A stretch of DNA of 64,000 bases from Chromatiales bacterium. GTDB lineage: Bacteria; Pseudomonadota; Gammaproteobacteria; JAGRCI01. Positions within the stretch are counted from its first letter, which is position 1; each line of letters begins with the position of its first letter. A model generated the notes under the pieces. The model searched no databases, had not been told where the DNA came from, and was given only the letters and a program-made list of their open reading frames with translations. Made by a program: the position numbers and the translations under genes. Shown piece after piece: positions 55,617 to 64,000 of the stretch. The DNA lies in contig JAGRGI010000031.1 of assembly GCA_020445565.1 (NCBI GenBank), forward strand, positions 19,419 through 83,418, given 5' to 3'.

Positions 55617-56212
55617 CCGCCGGGTTTCAGCCGCTGGCGAGCCAATTGCTGGAACTGCCCCGCCTCCTGCTCGTCGTCGATTTCCTCGGCCAACTCCCGA
55701 ACGGCCAGATCGACGGCGGCGGGCGAGACCGTCGGTCCCAACGCAGCCATTTTTTCGTCGCAAATGATCGGTGCCGCCGGCCCCAGGTAGTCCGTAAGCA
55801 GTTCACACAAAACACTTCGAACTTCGGCGGTATTCAGCCCCCCGACGCCGGCCGAAGCGGAAACCGCAACGGCTGACCGCAAGCTGGCCAGAATCTCGTC
55901 GGTTGGCGGCAAGGGCTTGTTTCCGTAAGCAATGGCGTTCGGGTCAACGCGCACCTCGGCATGCCCCATCTGTTTGACCAGGCCGATCGCGTCCGCACCC
56001 CGTTTGGGGCCGTGGGCCAAGGATACAATGGCACCGTCACGTACCACAGCCACGACCAGATGATTGTCGTCGGTCTTGGCGAAAAGCGTGCCGGTCTCTT
56101 TTTCCCTGACCAAGCCTTCCAATTTGGCCAGGTAGCCAGGATAGTCGAGCCGTTCTGTCATTCTTGTTGGATCCTCCGCCATCGATTCCGGCTCCGCAAC
56201 CCCAAAGGCCAA
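55613..56212 (-). CDS. Hypothetical protein (DUF4388-like N-terminal half)
   Basis: 199 aa. Reads TGTLFAKTDDNHLVVAVVRDGAIVSLAHGPKRGADAIGLV. The start is uncertain (an MTERLDY alternative lies at 56161). Its stop overlaps the convergent upstream gene's stop by 4 nt. Confidence 0.5.
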   Translation of the reverse strand: MAFGVAEPESMAEDPTRMTERLDYPGYLAKLEGLVREKETGTLFAKTDDNHLVVAVVRDGAIVSLAHGPKRGADAIGLVKQMGHAEVRVDPNAIAYGNKPLPPTDEILASLRSAVAVSASAGVGGLNTAEVRSVLCELLTDYLGPAAPIICDEKMAALGPTVSPAAVDLAVRELAEEIDDEQEAGQFQQLARQRLKPGG

Positions 56213-56638
56213 GGACGCCTAGGGTCATAATAGCCGCTGCACGTTCCCGCAACCGCTTAGGGGTTACCTCAGATCAAGAATCGAGCGTTTTCGCATTGTG
56301 CGCCATCACACATTGATGCCCTCCCCACCAGGCGAACGGAGATGCATCCAAAGGCCCGGCCCCTTCGTATGATCAGGCATACGACCTGTGTTCAGTCGTT
56401 CGTGGGTAAGGATCATCTCGATGCCGAGTCAGGGAGTTTCCGTATCAGGATGGACAGCGCCACGTTTCCACGGAAAAGCGATAGGGCCGATGTCGGCGGC
56501 TCCGGTTGGCTGCCAAGCAGTGCCAACCCGGCCGTCGGGCCACCCTCGCCCCCGGGCGCGTACCGACGGACCTTTGCACCGCCATACCGGTTCGGATAAC
56601 CTTTGCGGTCCGTGTATCACCCCGGCGCGAGGAACGGA

Positions 56639-57712
56639 ATGCAGCCTCGACTGTTGGCCGCCATCACTGCTCATGGCTACGGCCATGCGGCACAAACCGC
56701 CGAAGTAGTCGCCGCGCTTCGGCGCCATAGGCCCAATCTTGACCTGTTGCTGCTGACGGACCTCCCCGTCGCATACTTACGCACTCGATTCGAGACACCG
56801 TTCGAACATCGGCCCTACCGCTGTGACGTGGGCATGGTGATGCATTCCGCCCTGGCCGTGGACGCAGACCGCAGCCGCGAAGCCTATGTGGACTATCATC
56901 GCGACTGGAACGGGCGTATCGCCGAGCAACGCGAACTGCTCAGACAGTGGAAACCGGATCTCATCCTGGCCAACGTTCCCTACACCCTTCTTCTCGCGGC
57001 AAAGGCCGAAGGCATTCCAGCCGTAGCGATGTGCTCACTGAACTGGGCAGACGTCTACGAACACTATTGCGTCACTGATCAGGCAAGTCGCGAGATACAC
57101 TCCGGCATCCTGGACGCCTATCGCACTGCCCACGCCTTTCTTCGACTGACGCCGGGCATGCCGATGGAGAATTTACACAACCGGTTCATCGTCGGCCCGG
57201 TAGCACGCAAGGGCCGGAACAGGAGCCAAAACCTTCGACGCCGATTCCGTGTCGCGGAAAACAAGCGCCTGCTGCTCGCCGCGTTGGGGGGATTCGATAC
57301 GTCCGTCCGGGTCAAACCGATGAGCGAATCCGATGACATCGTCTGGCTCGCGCCGGCAAACTGGCGCTTGGACGCCGCAGCGCATATCACCATCGAAGAA
57401 ACCGGCATGGCATTCATCGACCTGCTGGCCAGTTGCGATGCGGTACTCAGCAAGCCAGGCTACGGCACCTATACGGAAGCTACCTGCCACGCCAAACCCC
57501 TTTGCCACCTGCCGCGCAACGACTGGCCCGAAAGTCCCTTCCTGAACGAATGGCTGCACGCACACACACGGGCCGCAGGGCTGCCGGCGAAGGGTCTTGA
57601 GATTGAAGACGTTAAAAATTGTGTTGCAAACCTGCTACAGCGCCCAAAACCGAATGCGCCTCTGCCCACCGGTGCGGAGCAGGCGGCCCGCTTCCTGAAT
57701 ACTTTCTTCTAG
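56639..57712 (+). CDS. GT-B-fold glycosyltransferase-like protein
   Basis: The start is MQPRLLAAITAHGYGHAAQ (GAGGA upstream). The C-terminus reads VLSKPGYGTYTEATCHAKPL. The family call is tentative. Confidence 0.45.
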   Translation: MQPRLLAAITAHGYGHAAQTAEVVAALRRHRPNLDLLLLTDLPVAYLRTRFETPFEHRPYRCDVGMVMHSALAVDADRSREAYVDYHRDWNGRIAEQRELLRQWKPDLILANVPYTLLLAAKAEGIPAVAMCSLNWADVYEHYCVTDQASREIHSGILDAYRTAHAFLRLTPGMPMENLHNRFIVGPVARKGRNRSQNLRRRFRVAENKRLLLAALGGFDTSVRVKPMSESDDIVWLAPANWRLDAAAHITIEETGMAFIDLLASCDAVLSKPGYGTYTEATCHAKPLCHLPRNDWPESPFLNEWLHAHTRAAGLPAKGLEIEDVKNCVANLLQRPKPNAPLPTGAEQAARFLNTFF

Positions 57713-57874
57713 CCCTCAGAACAATGAGTTGCCCGCAACGACCACAGCCACCTGTAGGCGCAAAAGAATGTCAACTCGGCCACTCAACCAGTTGCATTTT
57801 AGTCACGAAAGTCCGAGAATCGCATTATCTCCGACACACCATGTTGCCGTAGCACAACAAAAGGAAACTGCACG

Positions 57875-59068
57875 ATGAACAAGACTCTTCTGGCAGCCGG
57901 CTTGGGCGCCGCGTTGCTACTCCCCACGATTTCACAGGCCGATGGCGCCAACCTGCCGGACTGGTATCTGGCGCCTTCCCTGAAATTCATTTTCGACGAC
58001 GCCGACCGCGGTAACGATCACGGCTTCGGTGTGGGCTTGGCTTTGGGTAAGGAATTGAACGAGTGGTTCAATACCGAACTCGAACTGACCTTCGACCGGC
58101 TTGACGCCAAAGAAAATCCGGAGGTGAAGCAGGCCGGGGCTGCCCTGAACGGGCTGTTTTTCTTCAGCCGCGACCCGAGCTTCTCGCCCTTCGTACTCGC
58201 CGGTGTCGGCCGTCAAAGCAACGACAATGGCGCCTCTGACAGCACCAGCACCATCTACAACCTGGGCGTGGGTTTCATCCAGGAGCTGGTGAAGGACTCT
58301 GCCTACCTGCGCGCCGACGTACGTGCCCGCTTCGACGATGACAACGACACCGTCGCAGGCGAGGATGATTTTACCGACTATATGGTCTCCCTGGGCGTGC
58401 AAGTGCCCCTGGGCAAGCCCCCGGCTCCGCCTGCCCCCGTGGTGGCCGCGCCTGCCGATAGCGATGGCGACGGCGTCACCGACGATCTGGACGCCTGCCC
58501 CGGCACACCTCCCGGCCAACCCGTGGATGCCCGTGGCTGTGAACTGGATAGCGATGGCGACGGCGTGATCGATCGCCTGGACCGCTGCCCCGGAACCCCG
58601 GCCGGCGCACCTGTGGATGCCAACGGTTGTGAGCTCGACAGTGACGGAGACGGTGTCGTGGATCGCCTGGACGATTGCCCGAATACGCCGGCCGGCACCC
58701 GTGTCGATATCCATGGCTGCCCGATCCCCGAGAAGATCGTGCTGCGCGGCGTGCACTTCGAATACAACTCCGCCAAGCTTACCGCTGCGTCCGAAGCCAT
58801 CCTGGACGATATGGCTGCCACGTTGCGCAAGCATCCGGACCTGTCCGTACGTGTTGAAGGTCACACCGATAGCGTCGGTTCCGACAAGTTCAACCTGGGC
58901 CTGTCCGAGCGCCGCGCCGCCACGGTGATGAAGTACCTCGTCGCGCAGGGGGCGAACGCCGACAAACTGACCGCGATCGGCTATGGCGAATCTCAGCCAG
59001 TCTCCTCAAACGACACCGACGCGGGTCGCGCGGAAAACCGTCGAGTGGAATTGCAGATCGACGAATAA
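57875..59068 (+). CDS. OmpA-family outer membrane protein with thrombospondin type-3 repeats
   Basis: It has a signal peptide ending SQADG and an N-terminal barrel-like region. DSDGDGVxDxLDxCPxTPxG is repeated. The C-terminal OmpA domain reads FEYNSAKL...GHTDSVGSDKFNLGLSERRA...NRRVEL. Confidence 0.85.
   Translation: MNKTLLAAGLGAALLLPTISQADGANLPDWYLAPSLKFIFDDADRGNDHGFGVGLALGKELNEWFNTELELTFDRLDAKENPEVKQAGAALNGLFFFSRDPSFSPFVLAGVGRQSNDNGASDSTSTIYNLGVGFIQELVKDSAYLRADVRARFDDDNDTVAGEDDFTDYMVSLGVQVPLGKPPAPPAPVVAAPADSDGDGVTDDLDACPGTPPGQPVDARGCELDSDGDGVIDRLDRCPGTPAGAPVDANGCELDSDGDGVVDRLDDCPNTPAGTRVDIHGCPIPEKIVLRGVHFEYNSAKLTAASEAILDDMAATLRKHPDLSVRVEGHTDSVGSDKFNLGLSERRAATVMKYLVAQGANADKLTAIGYGESQPVSSNDTDAGRAENRRVELQIDE
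58450..58725 (+). repeat. Tandem coding repeats (TSP3-type calcium-binding motifs)
   Basis: There are three to four copies of roughly 93 nt, each encoding CPGTPxGxPVDAxGCELDSDGDGVxDRLD. Confidence 0.7.
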
Positions 59069-59096
59069 ACACCCGACTTCAGGGATGATACGAAAA

Positions 59097-59126
59097 GCCC
59101 CGAAGGTTTCGCCTTCGGGGCTTTTT
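59097..59126. terminator. Rho-independent terminator, usable in both directions
   Basis: GCCCCGAAGG-tttcg-CCTTCGGGGC followed by TTTTT and preceded by AAAA. It lies between convergent genes. Confidence 0.85.
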
Positions 59127-59170
59127 CTTGATCGGTGGTTTGGCGGGCCCGGTTATCCTTGCGATCCGAA

Positions 59171-60265
59171 TCAGAAAAGTTCCACTTCCCCATCGTGCTC
59201 GCCATCGCTTCGGCCATCGTCCATATCGTGGAAACTGATCACCTGGTTGCGGCCGTTGTTTTTGGCGAAATAGAGGGCACGGTCGGCCTCATCGAGAAAC
59301 CGGTCTGGCAGCTTGCCGGTTTCCAGGCGCACGCAACCAATGCTGACGGTCACCTGTCCAACGGTGGGAAAGACGAACGCTTCTACAGACTGTCGAAACC
59401 GCTCCAATATCGCCGCGCCGACCCCGTCCGGAACCTCGGTCAGAATCACCACGAATTCCTCGCCGCCGTAGCGAAACAGAAAATCGGTGTAGCGAAACGA
59501 GCGCTGCATCAGCCGTGCGAACAGCAATAAAACCTCATCACCATACAAATGACCGTAGGTGTCGTTGACGCGCTTGAAGTGATCGATATCGAGCAGGGCC
59601 AGCCAGGCCCCCGTATCGGTCTTCCCCACTCCCGACAGGACTCGCATGATCCGGTCTTCGAAGGTGTGCCGGTTCATCAGGCCGGTGAGCAGGTCCCTGT
59701 CCTTTCGGTCCAAAACCAACAGGTGATTGCGATAAACCGCCAGGACATTGCCAATCCAATCAAGTTGTTCCCTGGAAAGCGGCACCCCGTCGACAACCAG
59801 CAGACGCTTGATGGCGCTGTCTCCGGGTATCGGAAAATACTGGCGCTCCATCCGCCCCACCAGCTCACTGGTTCGGCATTTCTCCGCAAGGGCCTCCGAT
59901 AGCGCGGTCGTGTACTCAATGCGTTGTTTGCGGCCGTCCTCCGGCTCCCCAACCTCCCGCAACATCCGGGCCGATCCGGATTCCCCGTCGAACACCTCGA
60001 ACAGGCGAATACCCTCGATTTCCGGCTGGAGCAACAGAATCTCGGACAGCGCGTTTGCCAACGCAAAGCAGTCTGGCTGAGCCGTGAGCTTCAGTACGGT
60101 GGAGAAACAGCCCTGGGTCACGTCATCCTCACCTTGACGTTGGAAAGCGCGCGTACACGGCGCGATGTCTTGCCTGGAGACCCGGACTATCCAAGCCGGA
60201 GCCTTACAGGGGCTTAGCGGCAGGTGAAGGAAAACCTTCAGTAGAGTGTGAATCGGCCGCGACAT
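59171..60265 (-). CDS. GGDEF-domain diguanylate cyclase with uncharacterised N-terminal domain
   Basis: The likely start is MSRPIHTLL (ATG 60265). The ORF-track start overlaps mscS. Reads LTGLMNRHTFEDR, GGEEF and I-site RYTD. Confidence 0.75.
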   Translation of the reverse strand: MSRPIHTLLKVFLHLPLSPCKAPAWIVRVSRQDIAPCTRAFQRQGEDDVTQGCFSTVLKLTAQPDCFALANALSEILLLQPEIEGIRLFEVFDGESGSARMLREVGEPEDGRKQRIEYTTALSEALAEKCRTSELVGRMERQYFPIPGDSAIKRLLVVDGVPLSREQLDWIGNVLAVYRNHLLVLDRKDRDLLTGLMNRHTFEDRIMRVLSGVGKTDTGAWLALLDIDHFKRVNDTYGHLYGDEVLLLFARLMQRSFRYTDFLFRYGGEEFVVILTEVPDGVGAAILERFRQSVEAFVFPTVGQVTVSIGCVRLETGKLPDRFLDEADRALYFAKNNGRNQVISFHDMDDGRSDGEHDGEVELF

Positions 60266-60290
60266 CCGCCGCGGCCGGGTGGGCAACGCA

Positions 60291-61106
60291 TCAGGCAGCC
60301 TGATTGCTGACGACGTGGATATCGGTCTGCGGGTAGGGAATGGAGATGCCTTCCTGGTCGAAGCGCAGCTTGACCGCCTCGGTAGTACCGAAATACACAC
60401 CCCAGTAGTCACTGCTCTTGACCCACAGGCGCACGGTGAAATTGACACTGCTGTCGGCCAGCTCGGACACCGCAACCAGCGGAGCCGGATCCTTCAGTAC
60501 ACGGGATTCCGCCGAGATAATGTCCATCAGCACCGCTTTTACCTTCTTGATGTCATCCTCGTAGGAAACACCCACGGTGAGATCCACCCGACGCGTCTCC
60601 TGGGCCGAGTAGTTGATGATGTTACCGCCGGTCAGGGAGCTGTTGGGGATGATGATGGTCTTGTTGTCGCCAGTTCGCAACGTGGTGGTAAAGATTTCGA
60701 TCTTGTCGACGACGCCGGAGGTACCGGCCCCCTCGATGAAATCCCCTACCTTGAAGGGGCGGAAAATGATCAACAGGAAACCCGCGGCGAAATTCGACAA
60801 GGAGCCCTGCAAGGCCAGGCCGATGGCCAGGCCGGCGGCGCCGAGAACCGCGATAAACGACGTAGTCTGGATACCCAGCTGGCCCAGGGCCGCCAGCACC
60901 ACAAACACCATGGCACCGACATAGGCAAGATTGGCGACGAAAGACTGTATGGTCGTATCGACCTGGCCCTTCTCCATCATGCGAAGGATCACCCTGCGAA
61001 TGAGCTTGGCCACCCACTTGCCGATGATGAAAATCGCAATGGCGGCCACGAGCTTGAGGCCATAAGTGGCCAGCAGCACCTGGCCCTTCTCAAGAATATC
61101 TTCCAT
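60291..61106 (-). CDS. mscS: Small-conductance mechanosensitive channel (MscS family)
   Basis: 271 aa. Reads LGAAGLAIGLALQGSLSNFAAGFLLIIFRPFKVGDFIE. Confidence 0.88.
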   Translation of the reverse strand: MEDILEKGQVLLATYGLKLVAAIAIFIIGKWVAKLIRRVILRMMEKGQVDTTIQSFVANLAYVGAMVFVVLAALGQLGIQTTSFIAVLGAAGLAIGLALQGSLSNFAAGFLLIIFRPFKVGDFIEGAGTSGVVDKIEIFTTTLRTGDNKTIIIPNSSLTGGNIINYSAQETRRVDLTVGVSYEDDIKKVKAVLMDIISAESRVLKDPAPLVAVSELADSSVNFTVRLWVKSSDYWGVYFGTTEAVKLRFDQEGISIPYPQTDIHVVSNQAA

Positions 61107-61216
61107 ACCGTACTACCCCGCTGTTGAAAGGTTTGATGGGATCAAATATTAGAATCCCATCATATTCTACATTACATTCGAGCAGGGGGTTGTTACGAAG
61201 CGTCAACGCATGGCGC

Positions 61217-62650
61217 TCATCCGTCGAGGCGTTTCTTCAATATCTCGTTCACCTGGCCGGGGTTGGCTTTGCCTTGGGTCACTTTCATTACCTGACCGAC
61301 GAAGAAGCCCAGCATCTTGGTTTTGCCGGCCCGGTATTGCTCGATCTGGGAGGGGTTGGCCGCAAGAATTTCGTCGATGACGGCCTCTATGGCCCCGCTG
61401 TCCGTGATCTGCACAAGACCCTTGGCCTCGATCACCGCATCGGCATCGGTCTCACCGGCCCACAGCGCCTCGAAGACCTGCTTGGCAATCTTGCCCGAGA
61501 TGGTGTTATCGGCGATGCGCCGCAACATTCCGCCCAGGCTGTCCGCACTCACGGGCGAGGCGGTAATATCCAGCCCTGCCTTGTTCAGCGCTCCGGAAAG
61601 ATCGCCCATCACCCAGTTGGCGGCCAGCTTCGCATCCGAGGCGTTTGCAACGACGGATTCAAAATAATCGGCCAATTCCCGGCTGGCGGTGAGCACGGCG
61701 GCATCGTAGTCGGACAAGCCATATTCGGCACCGAAACGTTCGCGCTTGGCGTCGGGCAGCTCCGGCAGGGAAGCCCGGCCCGATTGCAGCAATTCGGCGG
61801 TGATTTCCACCGGCAACAGGTCCGGGTCGGGAAAATAGCGGTAATCGTTGGCCTCTTCCTTGGAGCGCATGGAGCGGGTCTCGTTCTTGGCCGAGTCATA
61901 CAGGCGGGTCTCCTGCACCACCTCGCCGCCGCCTTCGATGACATCGATCTGACGTTCCACCTCGAATAGGATGGCCCGCTCCAGAAAGCGAAACGAGTTG
62001 ATGTTCTTCAGCTCCGCACGGGTGCCGAGGGCCGCTTGGCCCTTGGGGCGAATGGAGACATTGGCATCGCAGCGGAACGAACCCTCCTGCATGTTACCGT
62101 CACAGATCTCCAGATAGCGAACCAGGGAGTGCATCTTCTTGGCGTAGGCCACCGCCTCTGCCGCCGAACGCATATCCGGCTCCGAGACGATCTCGAGCAA
62201 AGGCGTGCCGGCCCGGTTGAGGTCGATACCGGTAAGGCCGTGGTAGTCCTCGTGCAGGGACTTGCCGGCGTCTTCCTCCAAGTGGGCGCGGGTGATGCCG
62301 ACTTCCTTGCCGGTACCGTCCTCCAGGTCGATACGCAGCCGGCCCTTGCCGACGATGGGCAGTTCGTACTGGCTGATCTGATAACCCTTGGGCAAATCCG
62401 GGTAGAAGTAGTTCTTGCGGGCAAACACCGATCGGGGAGCGATCTCGGCATTGACGGCCAGACCAAACTTCACCGCCATGGCGACCGCCTCGGCGTTGAG
62501 CACGGGCAATACCCCCGGCAAGCCCAGATCCACTGCGCAGGCCTGCCGGTTGGGCTCGGCCCCGTAGGCAGTGGAAGCGCCGGAAAAGATCTTGCTACGG
62601 GTGGCGAGCTGGGCGTGAATCTCCAACCCGATGACGACTTCCCACTGCAT
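61217..62650 (-). CDS. gatB: Asp/Glu-tRNA amidotransferase subunit B
   Basis: 477 aa. Reads [15 protein letters not shown]...[15 protein letters not shown]...[10 protein letters not shown]. Confidence 0.93.
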   Translation of the reverse strand: MQWEVVIGLEIHAQLATRSKIFSGASTAYGAEPNRQACAVDLGLPGVLPVLNAEAVAMAVKFGLAVNAEIAPRSVFARKNYFYPDLPKGYQISQYELPIVGKGRLRIDLEDGTGKEVGITRAHLEEDAGKSLHEDYHGLTGIDLNRAGTPLLEIVSEPDMRSAAEAVAYAKKMHSLVRYLEICDGNMQEGSFRCDANVSIRPKGQAALGTRAELKNINSFRFLERAILFEVERQIDVIEGGGEVVQETRLYDSAKNETRSMRSKEEANDYRYFPDPDLLPVEITAELLQSGRASLPELPDAKRERFGAEYGLSDYDAAVLTASRELADYFESVVANASDAKLAANWVMGDLSGALNKAGLDITASPVSADSLGGMLRRIADNTISGKIAKQVFEALWAGETDADAVIEAKGLVQITDSGAIEAVIDEILAANPSQIEQYRAGKTKMLGFFVGQVMKVTQGKANPGQVNEILKKRLDG

Positions 62651-62722
62651 GTGGCATGCCTCGACTTGCGGAAAAGCGGTGATTATATACGGATCGCCGC
62701 AGACGCTCGAACCCTGCCGGTT

Positions 62723-63880
62723 TCAGGCCGAATAGAAAACCGCGAGCCACACGGTATCTTCGTCCATCGGCGTGTATGTAACCCGATGGCGGCAATGGGC
62801 GGGCAGTAGCAAGGCGTCGCCGGGGCGCAGATGACGATCGCTCACCTCACCCTCAATGCGCAAACCGGCCTCCCCTTGCAGCAGAATCACGTACTCGTGC
62901 TCATCCTGGTCGTACCAGAAGCCCTCGGGTGAAACCTGGCCGCGGGACAGGATGCGCTCGATGCGAACGCCGGGCGCGCTTGCCAGCAGTGTCGTCACCT
63001 CATCCGGCAGAGCGCAAGGCAGATCGTGAAAGAGATTATGGGTGGGCTCGACGGGGCGGTGGAGCGACGGGTCCACAATCCAGCCCTCCGTCGGGTCTGC
63101 ATCCTGAGGAAACCCGAAACCCTGCCCGCGATGCCCCCAGGCCCAGGCGGCGGGCAGGGTACAGAGCAAGGCGTCGAGGCTGTCGGCCGTCGGATCGTCC
63201 AGCAGGCGTTCATGCAGCCGCTTCGGCAGTTCCACGGACAGTTCAAAATCCTCGTGCGGTTTCATTGTCAATACGCCGTTCAGGATCGCCTCTCTCGCCC
63301 CACGCTGCTGCGCGGACTGCTTGGCAGGCCGGTCATTTTTATAGCTCCGGGAACCCACGAAACGTCTGGCGACAAGTGCCGGATAGGCTTCTATCACAAC
63401 GCGTGGATCATCGTTTGGTCGCAGCAGAGGAATATTGACGCCGGAGCGCAGCAACCGGGTAGCGCCCTCGTAGAACATTTTAGCAACGGGAACGCCGTAG
63501 AGCTTTTGCGGACTGATGGAACGCGCCAGCATATCGGTCTTGCGGCGATGCTCCCTGTCTCCAGCCGGACGGTTGGACTTGTACTGCTCCAGCAGGGCAA
63601 CGAAGTCATTGCGGGAAAGTGCCGCAAATCTCCTCACATAGTCCGGCCAGTCAAGAGGCCACCCCAACCCCTTGAGCAGGATGCGGGATTGGGCAAACGG
63701 AAAATCCATGCCGGCGATCCAGGGGCCTTGCTGCTGCAACAGGACATCGAACGCCTGAAACGACGTCAACTCGGTCAGCGAGGACACCCGCAGGATACCT
63801 TGAGACCGCTCAGCAACGCATACAGTGATCGGCTTGGATTTTCGGGGCGCGCTGGTGAAATCGACACCGATGATTTTCAT
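62723..63880 (-). CDS. DUF429-like domain fused to a C-terminal cupin domain
   Basis: 385 aa. The N-terminus reads MKIIGVDFTSAPRKSKPITV...GMDFPFAQ. The C-terminal cupin reads DEHEYVILLQGEAGLRIEG...LRPGDALLLPAHCRHRV. Confidence 0.55.
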   Translation of the reverse strand: MKIIGVDFTSAPRKSKPITVCVAERSQGILRVSSLTELTSFQAFDVLLQQQGPWIAGMDFPFAQSRILLKGLGWPLDWPDYVRRFAALSRNDFVALLEQYKSNRPAGDREHRRKTDMLARSISPQKLYGVPVAKMFYEGATRLLRSGVNIPLLRPNDDPRVVIEAYPALVARRFVGSRSYKNDRPAKQSAQQRGAREAILNGVLTMKPHEDFELSVELPKRLHERLLDDPTADSLDALLCTLPAAWAWGHRGQGFGFPQDADPTEGWIVDPSLHRPVEPTHNLFHDLPCALPDEVTTLLASAPGVRIERILSRGQVSPEGFWYDQDEHEYVILLQGEAGLRIEGEVSDRHLRPGDALLLPAHCRHRVTYTPMDEDTVWLAVFYSA

Positions 63881-64000
63881 GGAGATTCAGCCCCCAACGC
63901 GACGGTCGGTGTGACGACCGACAGTTCCAACAATCCGACGTAACAACGAAACGGATACCCTGCCGCGCTGCACCGATTCGGCGCGCGAACCATCCTATGC

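Noticed and set aside
56213-56638. 425-bp intergenic region with a GGTTGGC...GCCAACC hairpin (about 56504-56528), considered as a riboswitch or sRNA.
   Set aside because: I could not match it to any riboswitch or RNA family consensus from memory. A single hairpin is insufficient.
1-64000. CRISPR arrays, tRNA/rRNA genes and REP-like dispersed repeats.
   Set aside because: Reading the sequence showed no regularly spaced direct repeats, no cloverleaf-compatible segments and no rRNA-like stretches. The only repeats seen are coding (TSP3, Fn3, CheA acidic segments) or the IS ends.

Overview
GC-rich proteobacterial chromosome, gammaproteobacterium-like (Pseudomonas-type che/mot gene order, fabAB, accA-tilS, gatB). 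All calls rest on reading the supplied ORF translations and the DNA; no searches were run.

Layout:
- 1-5020 (-): chemosensory-type operon. It runs hypothetical, REC-like protein, COG2229/CvnD/MglA-like small GTPase, Roadblock-like protein, Roadblock/LC7, CheY-like, CheW-like, and continues off the window.
- 5021-8283: about 1.9 kb without convincing genes. It is interrupted by an intact 1301-bp IS5-family element (6660-7960) with 14-bp inverted repeats and a CTAA target duplication.
- 8284-18553 (+): 13 tightly coupled genes. These are two membrane-anchored proteins, a membrane-anchored degenerate ClpB-D2-like AAA+ next to an intact one, a membrane T4CP (TraD/VirD4)-like ATPase, micro-ORFs, a PD40 beta-propeller, an LRAT/NlpC-like protein, a zeta-toxin-like protein with a broken P-loop, and two tandem secreted paralogues. 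There are no T4SS, relaxase or T6SS parts. This is my top candidate for an undescribed translocation/antagonism system.
- 18613-21510 (-): Hanks-type Ser/Thr kinase with six Fn3-like repeats.
- 21767-27531 (-): divergent EF-G paralogue, then a fusion of two cNMP-binding domains, a BFD-like [2Fe-2S] domain, an FNR-like module and a C-terminal membrane domain with two H-x13-H helices (NOX/ferric-reductase-like). An 11-heme cytochrome c is translationally coupled to it. This is the second top candidate, a nucleotide-gated transmembrane electron conduit.
- 27648-28937 (-): PleD-like diguanylate cyclase.
- 29036-37917 (-): six-gene redox operon (c-heme lipoprotein, GMC oxidoreductase, small protein, membrane protein, DyP peroxidase, catalase-related protein).
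- 38242-40617 (+): membrane-anchored DUF2235/Tle1-like hydrolase.
- 40625-48988 (-): canonical cheY-cheZ-cheA-cheB-motA-motB-parA-like-cheW-like-cheW-DUF2802 cluster with a sigma28 promoter.
- 49170-63880: housekeeping and miscellaneous genes.

No rRNA, tRNA or CRISPR arrays were recognised.
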